A stretch of DNA of 64,000 nt from Laetmonice hystrix (Eukaryota): assembly GCA_965235115.1 (NCBI GenBank), contig OZ249436.1, forward strand, positions 28,460,001-28,524,000, in the 5' to 3' direction. The translations under genes and the position numbers were made by a program. The notes under the pieces are model-generated. The model did no database searches and had not been told where the DNA came from. It worked only from the letters and a program-made list of their open reading frames with translations. Of this stretch, positions 26,600-39,495 are shown in pieces (position 1 is the first letter of the stretch; each line of letters starts with the position of its first letter).

Positions 26600-27150
26600 G
26601 TAATTGAAATCCTGATGAAACTATCTCTAGTTGAAACGAGATTTTGTTAATCTATTCTGTCCCACCAGGTTGAATGGTGAAAATGCATGTTTCCCTTCCA
26701 ACTCGCATACCCGGTATAGTTCGGGATGCGGTATGTGCGGTAATACCGAGCCACAAGAAGAGTCGGGCAGTAGAATGAAGCCGAATCGGGCTCAGGTTAT
26801 TATTACATGTGTAATCAAACAGGTGAATGGAGGTTTCTGTCATAATAGTGTTAGATTCTCTCATCGTTTCATTGCTAGGCTTCATCTATATTTTTGTGCC
26901 GAAGGAGTAGTAGATCTTATTAGGAACTTATTAAATAATAACTCATTCTGGAGGCATCTAGAACCAGACTGAAAATTACTCGTATAGGAGTGAGCGCTAA
27001 AAAGTGATTTGGTCTTCAAATTTCATTCAGCAGTGCTTTCTGTACATTCTAGCATGTTTTAGTTATGAAATCAAGGACTTAGAGGAGAGTTACCAGCATT
27101 CTAGAATACGGTTCTGATCCAGTGTTAAACCTATTAAATATTCCTTGTCA
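26600..27150 (-). pseudogene. Possible L1/Tx1-like LINE 3' (zinc-knuckle region) remnant
   Basis: ETSIHLFDYTC resembles the ETxxHLFxxC motif of L1-clade ORF2. Heavily decayed. Confidence 0.25.
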
Positions 27151-27752
27151 TTCTCTGTGCCATGTCCGGTTTCCCATCACTTTGTTTGCCCCGCTTCCTT
27201 TGATCGTACCATGTCCTATTCTGTCAGACTCTCTTGTTCACCCCCTTTCGTCCTGCTCCCTATCGGTGGTTTTTGATCTACTCCATCTCACAATATGAAA
27301 GGGAAGTATAAAAAATATTACAAAGTACAAAGTGGGGACCGTTGTTACCTAAAAGTATAAAGGACATAGAAAAATTCCTCTGTTAATATGACGAGGATTT
27401 TTATGTTTTCACTGCATGTGCAGGAGTACGTTTTCTTTCTGCTGAAAAATGTTTAACTTTGGTTACTACAGTGAAAACATGACGAACTTTTACCTTATGG
27501 GTACACCGTAGGAATTCTTTCTTTTAGGCCCATATGATGTGTTCCTATAATTTTGTTATGTCTCTCAAGTGGTCAGCTTTCAGGTCGAGTGATCAAACGC
27601 TCTCAACAGCCGCGGGGGTTGTACGTCCCAATATTGAAGCAGGAATCGTATCAGGCAGCAAACCTTCAAATAAAGGGCTCCGTTGGTTTCTAACACGTGT
27701 ATTCTACCGGCCAGCGGGGGGGGGGGGGGGGCTGGTAGAGGCGGGGGAGGGG

Positions 27753-28046
27753 TTATTGATACGCGCCAACCGGGGGGGACCAGGTATAGGTGGGGAGTGG
27801 TTATTGATACCCGCCAGCCGTAGGACCAGGTATTGGGGGGGGGGGGGTGGTTATTGATACCCGCCAGCCGTAGGACCAGGTATTAGGGGGGGGGGTGGTT
27901 ATTGATACCCGCCAGCCGTAGGACCAGGTATTAGGGGGGGGGGTGTTATTGATACCCGCCAGCCGTAGGACCAGGTATTGGGGGGGGGGTGGTGGTTATT
28001 GATACCCGCCAGCCGTAGGACCAGGTATTAGGGAGGGGGGTTATTA
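27753..28046. repeat. G-rich minisatellite, ~47-50-bp unit x ~6 with variable poly-G
   Basis: TTATTGATACCCGCCAGCCGTAGGACCAGGTATT(A)G(n) repeated. Confidence 0.92.
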
Positions 28047-28850
28047 GTACGGACAAATCTGACCAGTAAAGTGTGTATTGTGTCCACGCAGGTGTAGCGG
28101 ACAGTGACATACGGCCAGGTTGTCCCGATGGGACCATCCTGATTGGGTTTTCCCTTATGAGATGGCGGGGCCCATTCAGACCCTAAGCCCGCCCCGGCCC
28201 GTGACCCGAAGTCAAATAATAGACCCGCTCTCGGGAAGATGGAGGATTAATGGGGCAGAGAATTGCCAAGTAATTGGATCTCGTCACCGTGTTTTCTACG
28301 TGTGGGAAGTCACGCTATGTGGTCTGCGAGAGAATGTGGTCTACGGCGGCGAAATCATGGGCAGTCATTGCAATCTGTCTGATATTGGGTTATTTTGTTG
28401 CTTTTTTCCCCGCTCGCAATTAAAGATAAAATGAAGGAAAATGGTGTGTCTGGTATAATGGAGTGCGTAATAAAACGGGTTGCTCGATGGTGTACTTGAT
28501 GGGCAGGCACGGAGGCAGGATAGTTTCAATCGGGACAGTGTTTACATTAGGCCATTCAACACAATCAAGAGGCAAGTTAACATAACGGCCTGGGATGAGG
28601 GTATTTCGGAGTGAACGACAACAGCGAGTTATGGGGAGTGTGCCAGTGTTAACATAAGGCTATAGGATAGCGCTCACTGTAGGACTGGCGGCGGCACCGT
28701 GCCACCGATACGGCCCTCCACCTGTGTCCGAGCAATGTAAAGTCCGTATGTGGCGTCTGTCTGAACCATGTAAAATCGTGCCATGGTGCAGCCCATCATG
28801 CTCCTCTGTCTGCAGTTTGTAAAATCAGTATGTGACGTTTGCCTGAAGTT

Positions 28851-29178
28851 TGTAAAATCGGCGAAATGCCACATATTTCCGCCAGCCTCCTCGGTCCACA
28901 ATATGTAAAATCGGCGGAATGCCACATATTTCCGTCAGGCTCCTCGGTCCACAATATGTAAAATCGGCGGAATGCCACATATTTCCGTCAGGCTCCTCGG
29001 TCCACAATATGTAAAATCGGCGGAATGCCACATATTTCCGTCAGGCTCCTCGGTCCACAATATGTAAAATCGGCGGAATGCCACATATTTCCGTCAGGCT
29101 CCTCGGTCCACAATATGTAAAATCGGCGGAATGCCACATATTTCCGTCAGGCTCCTCGGTCCACAATATGTAAAATCA
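28851..29178. repeat. Minisatellite, 53-bp unit x ~6
   Basis: TGTAAAATCGGCGGAATGCCACATATTTCCGTCAGGCTCCTCGGTCCACAATA repeated, with degenerate units upstream from ~28735. Confidence 0.95.
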
Positions 29179-32100
29179 GATTTCAGCACCAGCGACCTGC
29201 CGTGACATAGATGTTTCCGGTCTATGTCAGAGTGTCTGCGCTAGATAAGCACACATAAAGTGTCATCTTTCCCGAATACATAGACATAATGAGGGATATG
29301 TAGGCCAGGCAGGTGTGTGCTGTCTGTGGGGGACATGCTTTCTTAAATAATATTAATTTTGCCGCGGGAAACTCCGACGTTATTGATGTTAGAGCTAAAT
29401 GATCTTTTTATGTCCTCTACTCGTGGAATACAGACAAAAATAATGAGAAAAATGATTCCTCATTTCAGCATTTGTTCTAAACTGATGTGCGTAGCCTTTC
29501 TCAGTGAAAGCTGGTATCAGATTACGAGAGGGATTAAGTTCGAATTACTTCAAATACTTGAGGCTCCTGAGATCGGCGCATAGAAGTGCACATTTGAATC
29601 ATGGTAATGAAATCATATGCAACAACAAAACAGAGAGACTCCATAGAGTTAGCAAATTGAATTGTCTCATTGCGATTTTAACAGAACTTATTTTGTCAGT
29701 AGAAATTACTTCGTCATTAATCGTCTAAAATTATTGTTACTTTCTCAAGAAAATGAAATAGCTGTTCAAAGTAGGACATTTAAAGGATCATCAAGGATGA
29801 GATGGAATATTTGGGTTAGTTGTTCTCATTATCTGCTTCATAATGACTTAATCTGTTAAAGCTCTGGTGAGCCAATGCTGACGAGGCTATTTGTTTTCAT
29901 TCCATCAGTTTAGAATCTCTGACTGACTCTGGGTAGTGATTGATATAAACGAGATACTAGATTGGCATACAGTCATTTAAGTAGGATGTCACTTTATAAA
30001 GGGGCCCGTACACACTGAGGCGATTTTCCGTGCGACGTCCGTGCGGTTTTTAATTTAAAGGTACGGGTAGACATTTACTGGGCTGCAGGCCAGTATCTCA
30101 TCGTAGTCCGTTCGTGACACCGGAAAAAGGTTTTATCCTTTATCTATAAAATGGCAAGGGGTAATATACCTGAACCTTGCTTATTGTATGAATCATGGCG
30201 TATCTAATTATGGATTGTCAGACCATGCAATTTGTCTACTTCACGAAATCATTCTCAATGGGCCTCCTTTATTCTTGGCAAACCATAACCTCAAAATCTT
30301 ATACCTGGACATATTCTAGAGTCTTCAATGTAGGTACTCAAGGGATATGAAATCCTCTTACAGTCTGTGTCGTTATTGGCTGTAATTAGATAGTGTGGAA
30401 CCATCGGTCTTTAAATGTCACAAACCAGGTATTATCCTGAGTGGTGAGCAAGAATTGGGACCCATTGGGTTAAGTGGATTATTATTGGGTGTCTGTCCCG
30501 AGGACAGTGCCATCAGTTACCTTGGTGACTTCTATAGTGACAGGTAAATACAGGTGTACCTCACGGCATACGTTGTTTCTTTCCCACTCTCTCCAGCCAG
30601 TTATAGAGTTATATAGAGTTTTTACAGGATTAAAGAGAGACCTTCCAAAAATTAAAATAATACGATTGAAATATTATAAAATAACTACGAGCAATTTTGA
30701 CATTTTTACGCCTACGTGATTATGTTGGGATGCCAGAGGCTCGAGCAGTGACGTTTAAAATTAATCAAATAATATCTTGCGCTATTAAATTGACAAACCT
30801 AAGAAATAATGAATATTGCCATACCTGCATCACTGCAATGATAATGGGATTAACGACACAGAGATGGATTATTTTCTCCTGATGCATTAATCTTATAAAC
30901 TCGATTCTCATTGGTTTAATATTCAATCATTGGTTAGACAACCCCATCGGCAGTCGCGTACCCGGACAATATTATTTAAACTACGGACCAGTATTTGCCT
31001 CCATCCAGTCATGATACTGAAATGAAAAGATCGCACAAAAATGGCACTACTAAAGATCACTCAGAATAGAGCCTTTGAAGTCTGACGTAACAGCAGCATA
31101 GGACGCACAGACAGTTGAAATACCAACCAGGGTCGCCAGAACCTAAACATCAAAAGAAATCTAACAATAGGATTTGTGAAATAGGTCTTGTATCACCTGC
31201 AAAGGCCGGCAATATTAAATAATACTTTAATTGACTATTCTTTATAATAAATATATATACTAGACGCATTCAGGTGGTTTTGTCATTCCGACACAGCCAA
31301 AAGTACGTACGCTGTGTTTATGCTGCGTTTTCAGGCGCGCCATAGTTTAGGTTCTGGTGTTTGGTGCCAACCTAAATGGCGGAATTACCAGGAGAGCAAT
31401 GAATGTCATTACGTCCGGTTCAAGTGGGGGGGGGGGGGGATTTAAAATGACCCGGAAGAAAATCACGCCGAGGAGACAAAACAAGGGCTGTACAAGTAAG
31501 TGGTAAGTAAGCACACCCTGTCTGGTGCAGTGTTGTCGTGGAAATCAAACATGGATTATTTCAGTAGACACAGGATGACGTGACTTCCTTATGAATGCTA
31601 CAGGCGCCAGTATCACGGATGGCCTGGCGATATGCAAGGTTAGGTTTCTCGGCCGGATGGCTAGAAGTCTATCAGCCCCACTTTCTGCTCGTCTAGAGAG
31701 GAGAGGGAAAATCCACAATGACGAAATGGCTGCACGTGAAGCACTTTGTAAACATAACTTAACATGAAAGGGAAAACAGATTGGAAACATGATTACTACT
31801 TCACGAGTAGTTGTCAGAAACTGAAGAAAATCAGGCCGTGTGATATGTTTTACAAGTTTACTCTGGATGCAGCCATGGAAAAGGGAATGGGATTTAATGT
31901 TGTTTTTATCCATTATTCATGCAGTATCCGTGAACATTTTTAACATGTGTCAGGTGAAGAATAATGTAACAGTTTAGTCCGTGATTGTAGTTAATGGAGA
32001 TTTTAGGTCCCGTCGGCAAATGTTGTCAATCTGAGAACAAGTCATTTTATTCTGTGCATTTCGGTCGGTTCAGTTTTAGTCAGTAAATTTTTACTGGTAA

Positions 32101-33139
32101 TGGTCCAGCAGTCGGACTTATTCCATGTGCACATTGCGCAGGGCTTTCAGGCACAAGTCGCGGCAGGGCAGAATGACAAGTAGACCAACTCACCTTTCAC
32201 GCCTCCACACGCCTTTATAACCAAAAGCTTATAATAAATAGTTAATCAAATCAGGGCCGCCCCAACTCGGGGAGAATATCTAATCTGAGACGTGTCTAGA
32301 GCTAGCAGACCGCAACTTGACGTCATTTCAAGTGCTACTCGGCGAACGCTGGCGGCAAAATCTGTTCAAAGTGTCACATCACACACTCCTAATTACGCCT
32401 CATCATACACTCTTAATTACGCCTCATCATTCCCTCTTATTCTGGGGCTTCACTCGGTTAATTCAACCAGATGTCTCCTGGCATATTGAGTGAGGGTAGT
32501 CTTCAGCGGCAGAGAGGAACCAGTAGTGGTATAGTATTGACACCCTGTACACACCAACAGACTGTAATCTACCCAGCGCGACTGCAGATGTTCGCAAAGT
32601 GTTGACAAGTCATTTGTGATGGACCATGACACTGCAAAGACATTGCAAAACTAAAGCTTTTGTGAAACTAACTTTATTTGAGCAGTGAAAAATGTTTATT
32701 GAAGATTACAGTGTTCTTATATTCACCTTTCTAACCTCTCTTAAAGGTGATTAACTTCTTGTTGTTTTCGCAAGCATTCACTTTGAAGAAATATTGTAGG
32801 GGTTTTTCCGTGAAAATTCACTTCTCTTCCATTAAATTCTTAAAATAACAACAACAAAAAGGGTCTATAATTTTCACCACGAAAACTGCAGTGAGGAGGA
32901 GTCCGGAGGACGGACTTTGTGTGACGGACCTTAATAAAACGTTTGGTGATATGAAACGGCTGTTCTGCCCCAAATACAGACCCCCGGTTTTGTCATAAAA
33001 ATCTCAAGGTACGTCTGTGGTTTTTTGTCAAGTGACTAGACCACGTCTATTCTATAATTTGCCGTATATTTTGGAACTTTATCTCGCATGGCTGTGCGGC
33101 AGGATAAGCCGCACAAAGCTCAGCGTAGTGATATATCAG

Positions 33140-33420
33140 ACCCGATACGCATGTTCTCTCCTATTTCGGAAAAGAGTGAATTCTGTTGGTCTCTCCTTCA
33201 AGAAGAGAGTTTTCACCCAACGTACCTTATAGTTGAGGGCTGAGATCCCTAGATTATTAGCTAATCACAGACCGTTAAGGTTAGGTTTAGGGTTAGTCTC
33301 AATTTGAAGAAGGAATTCTACACCCATTGCGTCCATCACTAGGCGTTGGGTGAAACTATAATGGATGGAGAGACCAAGAGATTTCTCTGCTTGAAGAAGG
33401 AGAGAACATGTGTATGTCTA
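33140..33420. mobile_element. Old MITE with ~55-bp imperfect inverted ends and a central GGTTAGG-rich core
   Basis: CATGTTCTCTCC...TTGGTCTCTCC near 33150-33197 mirrors GGAGAGACCAA...GGAGAGAACATG near 33367-33410. Confidence 0.5.
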
Positions 33421-35500
33421 TGACGGACCTATGGAGTGTTTAGGCCTTGGTCATAGGAGGGTTACTGCTGGTGTGTGTGTGTGACAGGCATGATGCGTGG
33501 CGACGTCATGGCCTAGTTCTTGCGGTATTTTCCCCTGGAGCATTGTTTATAAACAACTCAACACCAGTAGGCATTGTAAGAGTCTTTCAACTGCTTCAGG
33601 TGATCTAAAAATAAAACCGTTTGGAATTCTTGCATGAGATTTTAATTAAATGATTTACACAGTGGTAAGCTTGATCATGTTAATTAGATCTGAGTAAAGC
33701 ACATCTTAACTAAAAGTAAAGGAGAAGCTTATTCATGAGCTTATTGAAGTGATCATGTGCTATTAGCTATTGCTATTAGCTATTGCTAATCAGGAATTTT
33801 AATACAGTACTATGCATGATTTTGTGATGCAACTGGAAACAAAGATGGAGTGTCTATACTGTGAGCAATACTATAGTATGCACTAGATTACACGAATCTT
33901 TTGTACTTCTAAACTCCGAAACAACAGTCTCTCTGAGCAAGAGAACCACTAGACAACCGTACGCTGCTTCTTCCGATCACGCACAAAACTCTCAGATTGT
34001 CAAAGCTAGTGAAATGTTGTTGTTTTCGGGCATTATCAAACATGGGTACGTAATGCTCATTTATCTATTGGCAAGCCCACCTGCCGCTGCCTTTTTGTAT
34101 TCAAACGAATGTGTTGTGTTCAAGGCCAGACTTCAGTGACGGAGGTAGTTTGGGTGTTTGCAAAACGAAGAGCAGTTGATGTGATGTTAGAAAACGATCG
34201 AAATGACGTCATTTAAAAAGTGCTGTCATGTTAGAACAGTGTTGACAGGGAGGAATTACCACGGGTCTTCATGGTAAATTCTGTATGGTTAGAGTGAGAG
34301 GCGTTTTTGTTTCGGATGGATTCCACCATTTAAGCACACATATTACGCGCACACCTTCAGTAATAAGATAATCTGCAGTGCTTTGGTATTTTTGGTTGCC
34401 TGTAGATATAAGTAGAATTAAGACTCTAGCAGTTCGCAGTAGTTCCAGACCGAATACGCCGTCGTGCATAACAAAACGCAAAAACTTCTATACACACAGC
34501 GCTCACCCGATATTTTGCTGTTTCAGTGTCTTTCCTTGCCGTTGGTGGCGACTGTCCCTGATTATTTAAGTACTAGTTAATGTAATGTAGCGTTATAGCA
34601 CCACCCATCTGCCCAGTAAGTAAACACCTGCCGTAGGGTTTACAAACAGAAAACACCATGTTAGAGGCAGGTGAAGTGACGGTAGCCGAGTACCACAACA
34701 AACTCGTGTGTCTCTGAGATCACTGGGATAATTTCCCTCGGTAATTCTGTACCCCCCCCCCCCCAACACAGCATCTCTCTCAACCAGATTGTCATCCGCC
34801 ATCCTCACTGTGCTTTGTTCAGCTAGTTGTAACCACTCGTGGCTCGCTGTACGCAAACTTTGTCAACCATGCGGCGGTTTCTGTAAATTTTGTAGTTGCC
34901 GTCAAGCAGCAAGGTTAATAGTGACGATTTACCCTTGCCGGTATAGACCGTCTCGGTTAGCTGTCAGTCTATAGCAAATTAAGGTCATATACAAATGATA
35001 AAAAAAGACCGAAATGGAGCGTTGTGGGTAGAGTCAGGATGTTGGTTTTAGTATAATTTTTGACACGCTGACATAACCCCCAGGACCTGCCAGCGCCAAT
35101 AGTCGTAACACGGCCAGGCCATGTTCGGCGGGCCACCCAAGGCCATATTCGTGTCAGGAGGGGCACAGCCCTTGCAAAGGTTACCTTGCATTACCTGACA
35201 AAGTGCCGTGCGTCTACAAGATCTGTGCCCAACCATGGGTCACTCATGGGATAAGACGAACATATGTTATGTAGGTGCTTCATCAATGAGTAATGGGAGA
35301 TTGATGTTGCTGTGGTGGTGGTGGTGAGGGGGTCTGATTGGCGCAGGTGTAAACGGACGTGCTTTTAAGCACTGGATAGGCCTGTGCTACGGTTGTGTGT
35401 GATTGAACCACTGATCTATGAGTGTATGTAGGACAGGAGGTATGTGATTGGACCACTGAGCTGTGATTGGTTGAATTCGGGTCTATGTTCTATGACGGTC

Positions 35501-35862
35501 ACTGTTCTATGACGTATTACACGAGGTCTGTGAGTGACAACTGTTCTATGACGTATTACACGCGGTCTGTGATTGACAACTGTTCTATGACGTATTACAC
35601 GAGGTCTGTGATTGACAACTGTTCTATGACGTATTACACGAGGTCTGTGATTGACAACTGTTCTATGACGTTTTACACGAGGTCTGTGATTGACAACTGT
35701 TCTATGACGTATTACACGAGGTCTGTGATTGACAACTGTTCTATGACGTTTTACACGAGGTCTGTGATTGACAACTGTTCTATGACGTATTACACGAGGT
35801 CTGTGATTGACAACTGTTCTATGACGTATTACACGAGGTCTGTGATTGACAACTGTTCTATG
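35501..35862. repeat. Minisatellite, 39-bp unit x ~9
   Basis: ACTGTTCTATGACGT(A/T)TTACACGAGGTCTGTGATTGACA repeated, with an outlying monomer at ~36131. Confidence 0.96.
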
Positions 35863-36167
35863 TGTTTTATGTAGAATTCCCGTTACGGAAGTGCCGTTTT
35901 GCACATGGCATACACTGAGACACCTCTGCCTCCTGCCTCCGTTCTGAGCAGGGGACCAGTCCAAACGCTGCTATATATATATAGAACAGCCAATCAGAAA
36001 ATTCCGGTCACTAAAGACACAGCAGGCAATCCGCGCTTTACTACAGCTGGGCTATGGACCTATACCCTGGCTATGCCGTTGGGGGGTCCGCCAGGTGGAC
36101 TGTTCTGTGTTTAGAAGTCACTTATTGGACGACTGTTCTATGACGTATTACAAGAGATCTGCAATTA

Positions 36168-36611
36168 GGTTCGAGGACAACAAGTCCCTGCCAAATCCCC
36201 CCCCCCCCCCCCGACATTCACACATATCCCAGACATCTACCCCTTAGGACAAGCGCCCCCTATGACATTCAACCCCGTAAGACATCTACCCCCGAGGACA
36301 TTCACCCCCATGATATCCTTGGACATTTACCACCCATGTAGGCCTATGTATGAGGGCACGTGCATGCATGTGTGGGTGGGTTCGTACATACGAGGCTACC
36401 AGGTTGAACTTTAACTAGGGTGAATGTCCTTATGATGAGTGTCCTAGGGTGAATGTCCTAGGGTCGAATGTCCGGGACGAATGTCCTAGGGGTGAATGTC
36501 GGGGGACGAATGTCCTAGGGGTGCATGTCCGGGGACGAATTCCTAGGGGGTAGATGTCCAGAGGGTGAATGCCCGGTGAGTTGATGTCCTCAGGGTGGTT
36601 GTACTGTCACC
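36168..36611. mobile_element. Foldback-type MITE with mirrored GGACATTCACCC / GGGTGAATGTCC sub-repeat arrays (Mutator-like)
   Basis: Inverted arrays of ~20-bp sub-repeats. Imperfect 9-bp TSD CTGCAATTA / CTGTAATTG. The joined flanks rebuild a monomer of the 39-bp satellite. Confidence 0.7.
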
Positions 36612-36726
36612 CTGTAATTGGGCGACTGTTTGTATGATATCTATGACAGCGGGTCCACATATTGACGCTGTTCTATGAGTGGTTAGTAATTAGAGCACTC
36701 TGAGTACTTATGAGTGTGTGTAGCCT

Positions 36727-36820
36727 CCTAATCATATATTCCTTTTTCTCTTTGCAGGTAAGTGATGACCTTTCACCTGGTTTTGGTAGTTACCTCTACG
36801 ATGACGTGGGTTAGGTGAGT
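36727..36820 (+). other. Candidate recursive splice site with 57-nt RS-exon (36758-36814)
   Basis: Branch-like CCTAAT, polypyrimidine TTCCTTTTTCTCTTTG, CAG|GTAAGT at 36757/36758, and a second donor TAG|GTGAGT at 36814/36815. Confidence 0.6.
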
Positions 36821-36957
36821 TTTTACTGGTGTAATATCAGGTACAGGCCCTGAACAGTCAATGTATTGCAATCAATTCAAGGTTTCAGTATATCTACAAG
36901 GAAAGAAAACGCTTCCATGATATGGAATGACTAAATGACTAAATGTTATAAATGACT

Positions 36958-37092
36958 AAAAACACTGTCCTAGTGCTGTCAGTTAACTCTTTCAGCTCGG
37001 GGGCCATGAAGTGTGGTACGTTATGATAACGTACCACACTTCATGGTCCCCGAGTTGAAAGAGTTCACTGACAGCACTAGGACAGTGTTTTT
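36958..37092. repeat. Near-perfect palindrome/hairpin, 67-bp arms with a 1-nt centre
   Basis: Arms 36958-37024 and 37026-37092. 64/67 Watson-Crick pairs; two of the three mismatches are G:U in the + strand RNA. Confidence 0.95.
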
Positions 37093-38720
37093 GAAGTTAC
37101 TACCCACAGCAGAACAAAAGCAGACGAGCTCGGAAACAGAATTCTATATAAAAACCAGACACGGGTTCCTCTGAAGTGTACGGTAAACTAACAAATCCTG
37201 AAATGCCGGACCCATGTACGGCTTTCTCCGCCGTCCCGCCATCATAATGGTGTCGTCTGAATTTATGGCCATATTATATTGTAGGATGTTCTCGGAATGA
37301 AAAGGACAAAGCCAAGTGTTTTGGCCTGTAGCTTGAGTAATCCATCCAGGAAAAGGATATAATAATCAAGGGTGATCTGGTCATGTAGTCTCCGATATAT
37401 GAGTGCTGATATCAGGGGAGCCTGGGTGGGCCCTATCTTTGCCTGTAGTTTGTGATCTTACACGTAGTGTCGCCATCTAACTGGCACGTAATATGTGACC
37501 TTATTGGTGCTTCAGCATGGTAAAACTTTCGCCGTGACACGCTGGCGATTCTCTTTGACGCCATTCGATGGATTATTTTTTACTGCAAGGGGTCGTTGTG
37601 TGTTTTTTTCCCTGGTGATGCAGTGCCTCAAGCGCAGTGCAGTTCCAATAACGGACAGTGGAAAGATAAATGTCACCAACACAATGATGATATATTCCGG
37701 TAACACCAAGGTAGCAAAATAGATTTTTTCATTGCGAGGAAGTTTCTGAATGTCACGCGGTGAGATGGCTTTTAGCCCAACGTAAGTCGTTAGGAAATTC
37801 TGGAAACACAGGTAGAATCTTCTAAGTTCTTCTCGTCAGAAAAAAATCAATAAGATCGATTTGAATCAAGTCAGAATATGACATCCGGTTCCCCCGGAAT
37901 ATATCGGTGAAATACCAAGGTTGCCTCGTGATTTTTATTACGGTTTTTTTTACAAACAATGCGCAGGTGGCCTTTCCCCAAACCAGACCATTGAAACCTT
38001 CCTTTGTTGTTATCAAGGAGAACAGAGTTTGGTCTGTCTGTACGAGACCAGAGTGGTTGGATTGGTATCTTTTTTTTGCCCCTCCCACGTGCCCTTCTTC
38101 CGTTAAGTCCAATTATGCCTCGGCATGTTGTGAAAGCTGCAGCATTGCCAAAGCATATGTGAATCACAGAGAAAGCTGGAGGATCATGCCTGCTGGCCTT
38201 GTCCAATCAGCTGCCTCTGTAGAACGCTGCCGCGGTGCTAACTGGCCTCGTTAATGGCTTTCTGCAGAGCTAAGGACCCGTTAATCGGTCTGTGATTAAT
38301 GCTGGAGACAACCAGTCCATGCGAGCGCCTGATTGGCCGGTAAACAAACCGGTCATACAACACGGCGCCCGTAAATGTAACGTGGCAATTTTCTCAACTC
38401 AAAGCAACTTTGGGAGCTTGAAATTGCGCAGAGCATGCAGGATCTGGAAAATTAATGGCAAGAGACTTGTATGACGTTAAACCTTTCTCAGGGGGCTTTT
38501 AGGTAACCGGTCATACATGTGCCAGTGTATCGCCTGGGACGCATGATTGGTACTTTAGTGGTCAGGGCGGTATACTGGAGAAAGTTGGTTGTTCCTTGTA
38601 CTCCCTTGGGAATTGATGCGAAGGTCTTGGTACTTGCGTCTGCAGTGTGGTGGGTCAGGGGTGTGAATGCTTCTGGCGATTCACAGCAGACTGACCGACC
38701 ATTTAAGGTGGAGTGTTAAA

Positions 38721-39495
38721 CCCTTGTAAGGGCACATGGGGTCTTTTGTGACCCCAGACGGGCATTTATCCTTCTCAAGTGTATTACGAACAAATTTACG
38801 TTATTATTATTTTTATTCATATCTACATAGCCTCCAGATATGCAGATTGGTTTCCTAGACTTCCGTTGCAGGGCAGCTGGGCTCTACAGTCGGTCTACAG
38901 GACCCCAGGTAAAAGTGCCATCTGGTGGTGATAATTGAGGTCACAAAGCCTGTATTGTTTCGTTTCACACTGACCGTTTTAGAGTAACGTCTAAAATATA
39001 TAGCCTAAGACAGTCTTCAGTCAATTTTCCGCTAGTCATGTTTGAAACAATTATTGGGGGTTACTGTGTATTTTCGTCCTAGTTACAGAACATCTCAATC
39101 CACAATATTACATGACCGTAGATATAGTTGCCATTACATCGACTTGTTTCATTTCCAAAAATGAGATATGTAGATTATATTCTTTTGTCTGTCTCTGAGT
39201 GTATCTATCAGTATAAACATAGCCATAGGCTCTCTCTATAATCTAGGCCTAGAATATAATCTAGGTCCTATACGGATGTTTGGATTTAAGAATGCCATCG
39301 GTAATGCACATTTTTCACATTATAATCAGTTTTTAACGGGTTGCATCCGGCATATAAAATGCCTGAGGTTTTTAAAAATAGATAATAGTAATGCTTTATC
39401 AAGTTTATTTGTAAGGTTCTGATAACTAAATTATGGGGTCTGAATGGACCCTTTGTGCCCTGCAATGTGATTCTGTGGACGTGCCCTGACAAGGG
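38721..39495. mobile_element. Non-autonomous piggyBac-like element
   Basis: CCCTTGTAAGGGCAC ... GTGCCCTGACAAGGG|TTAA (14/15 TIR, CCC/GGG termini). Left flank TTAAA. Subterminal GGGGTC..GACCC motifs at both ends. Confidence 0.75.

Noticed and set aside
31370..31510. Promoter/first exon (YY1-like AAATGGCGG, ETS-like CCGGAAG, GTAAGT donors)
   Set aside because: Short motifs only, with no supporting downstream exon; could be chance or a TE relic.
35416..35964. 182-aa Arg/His-rich ORF
   Set aside because: Product of the 39-bp tandem array.
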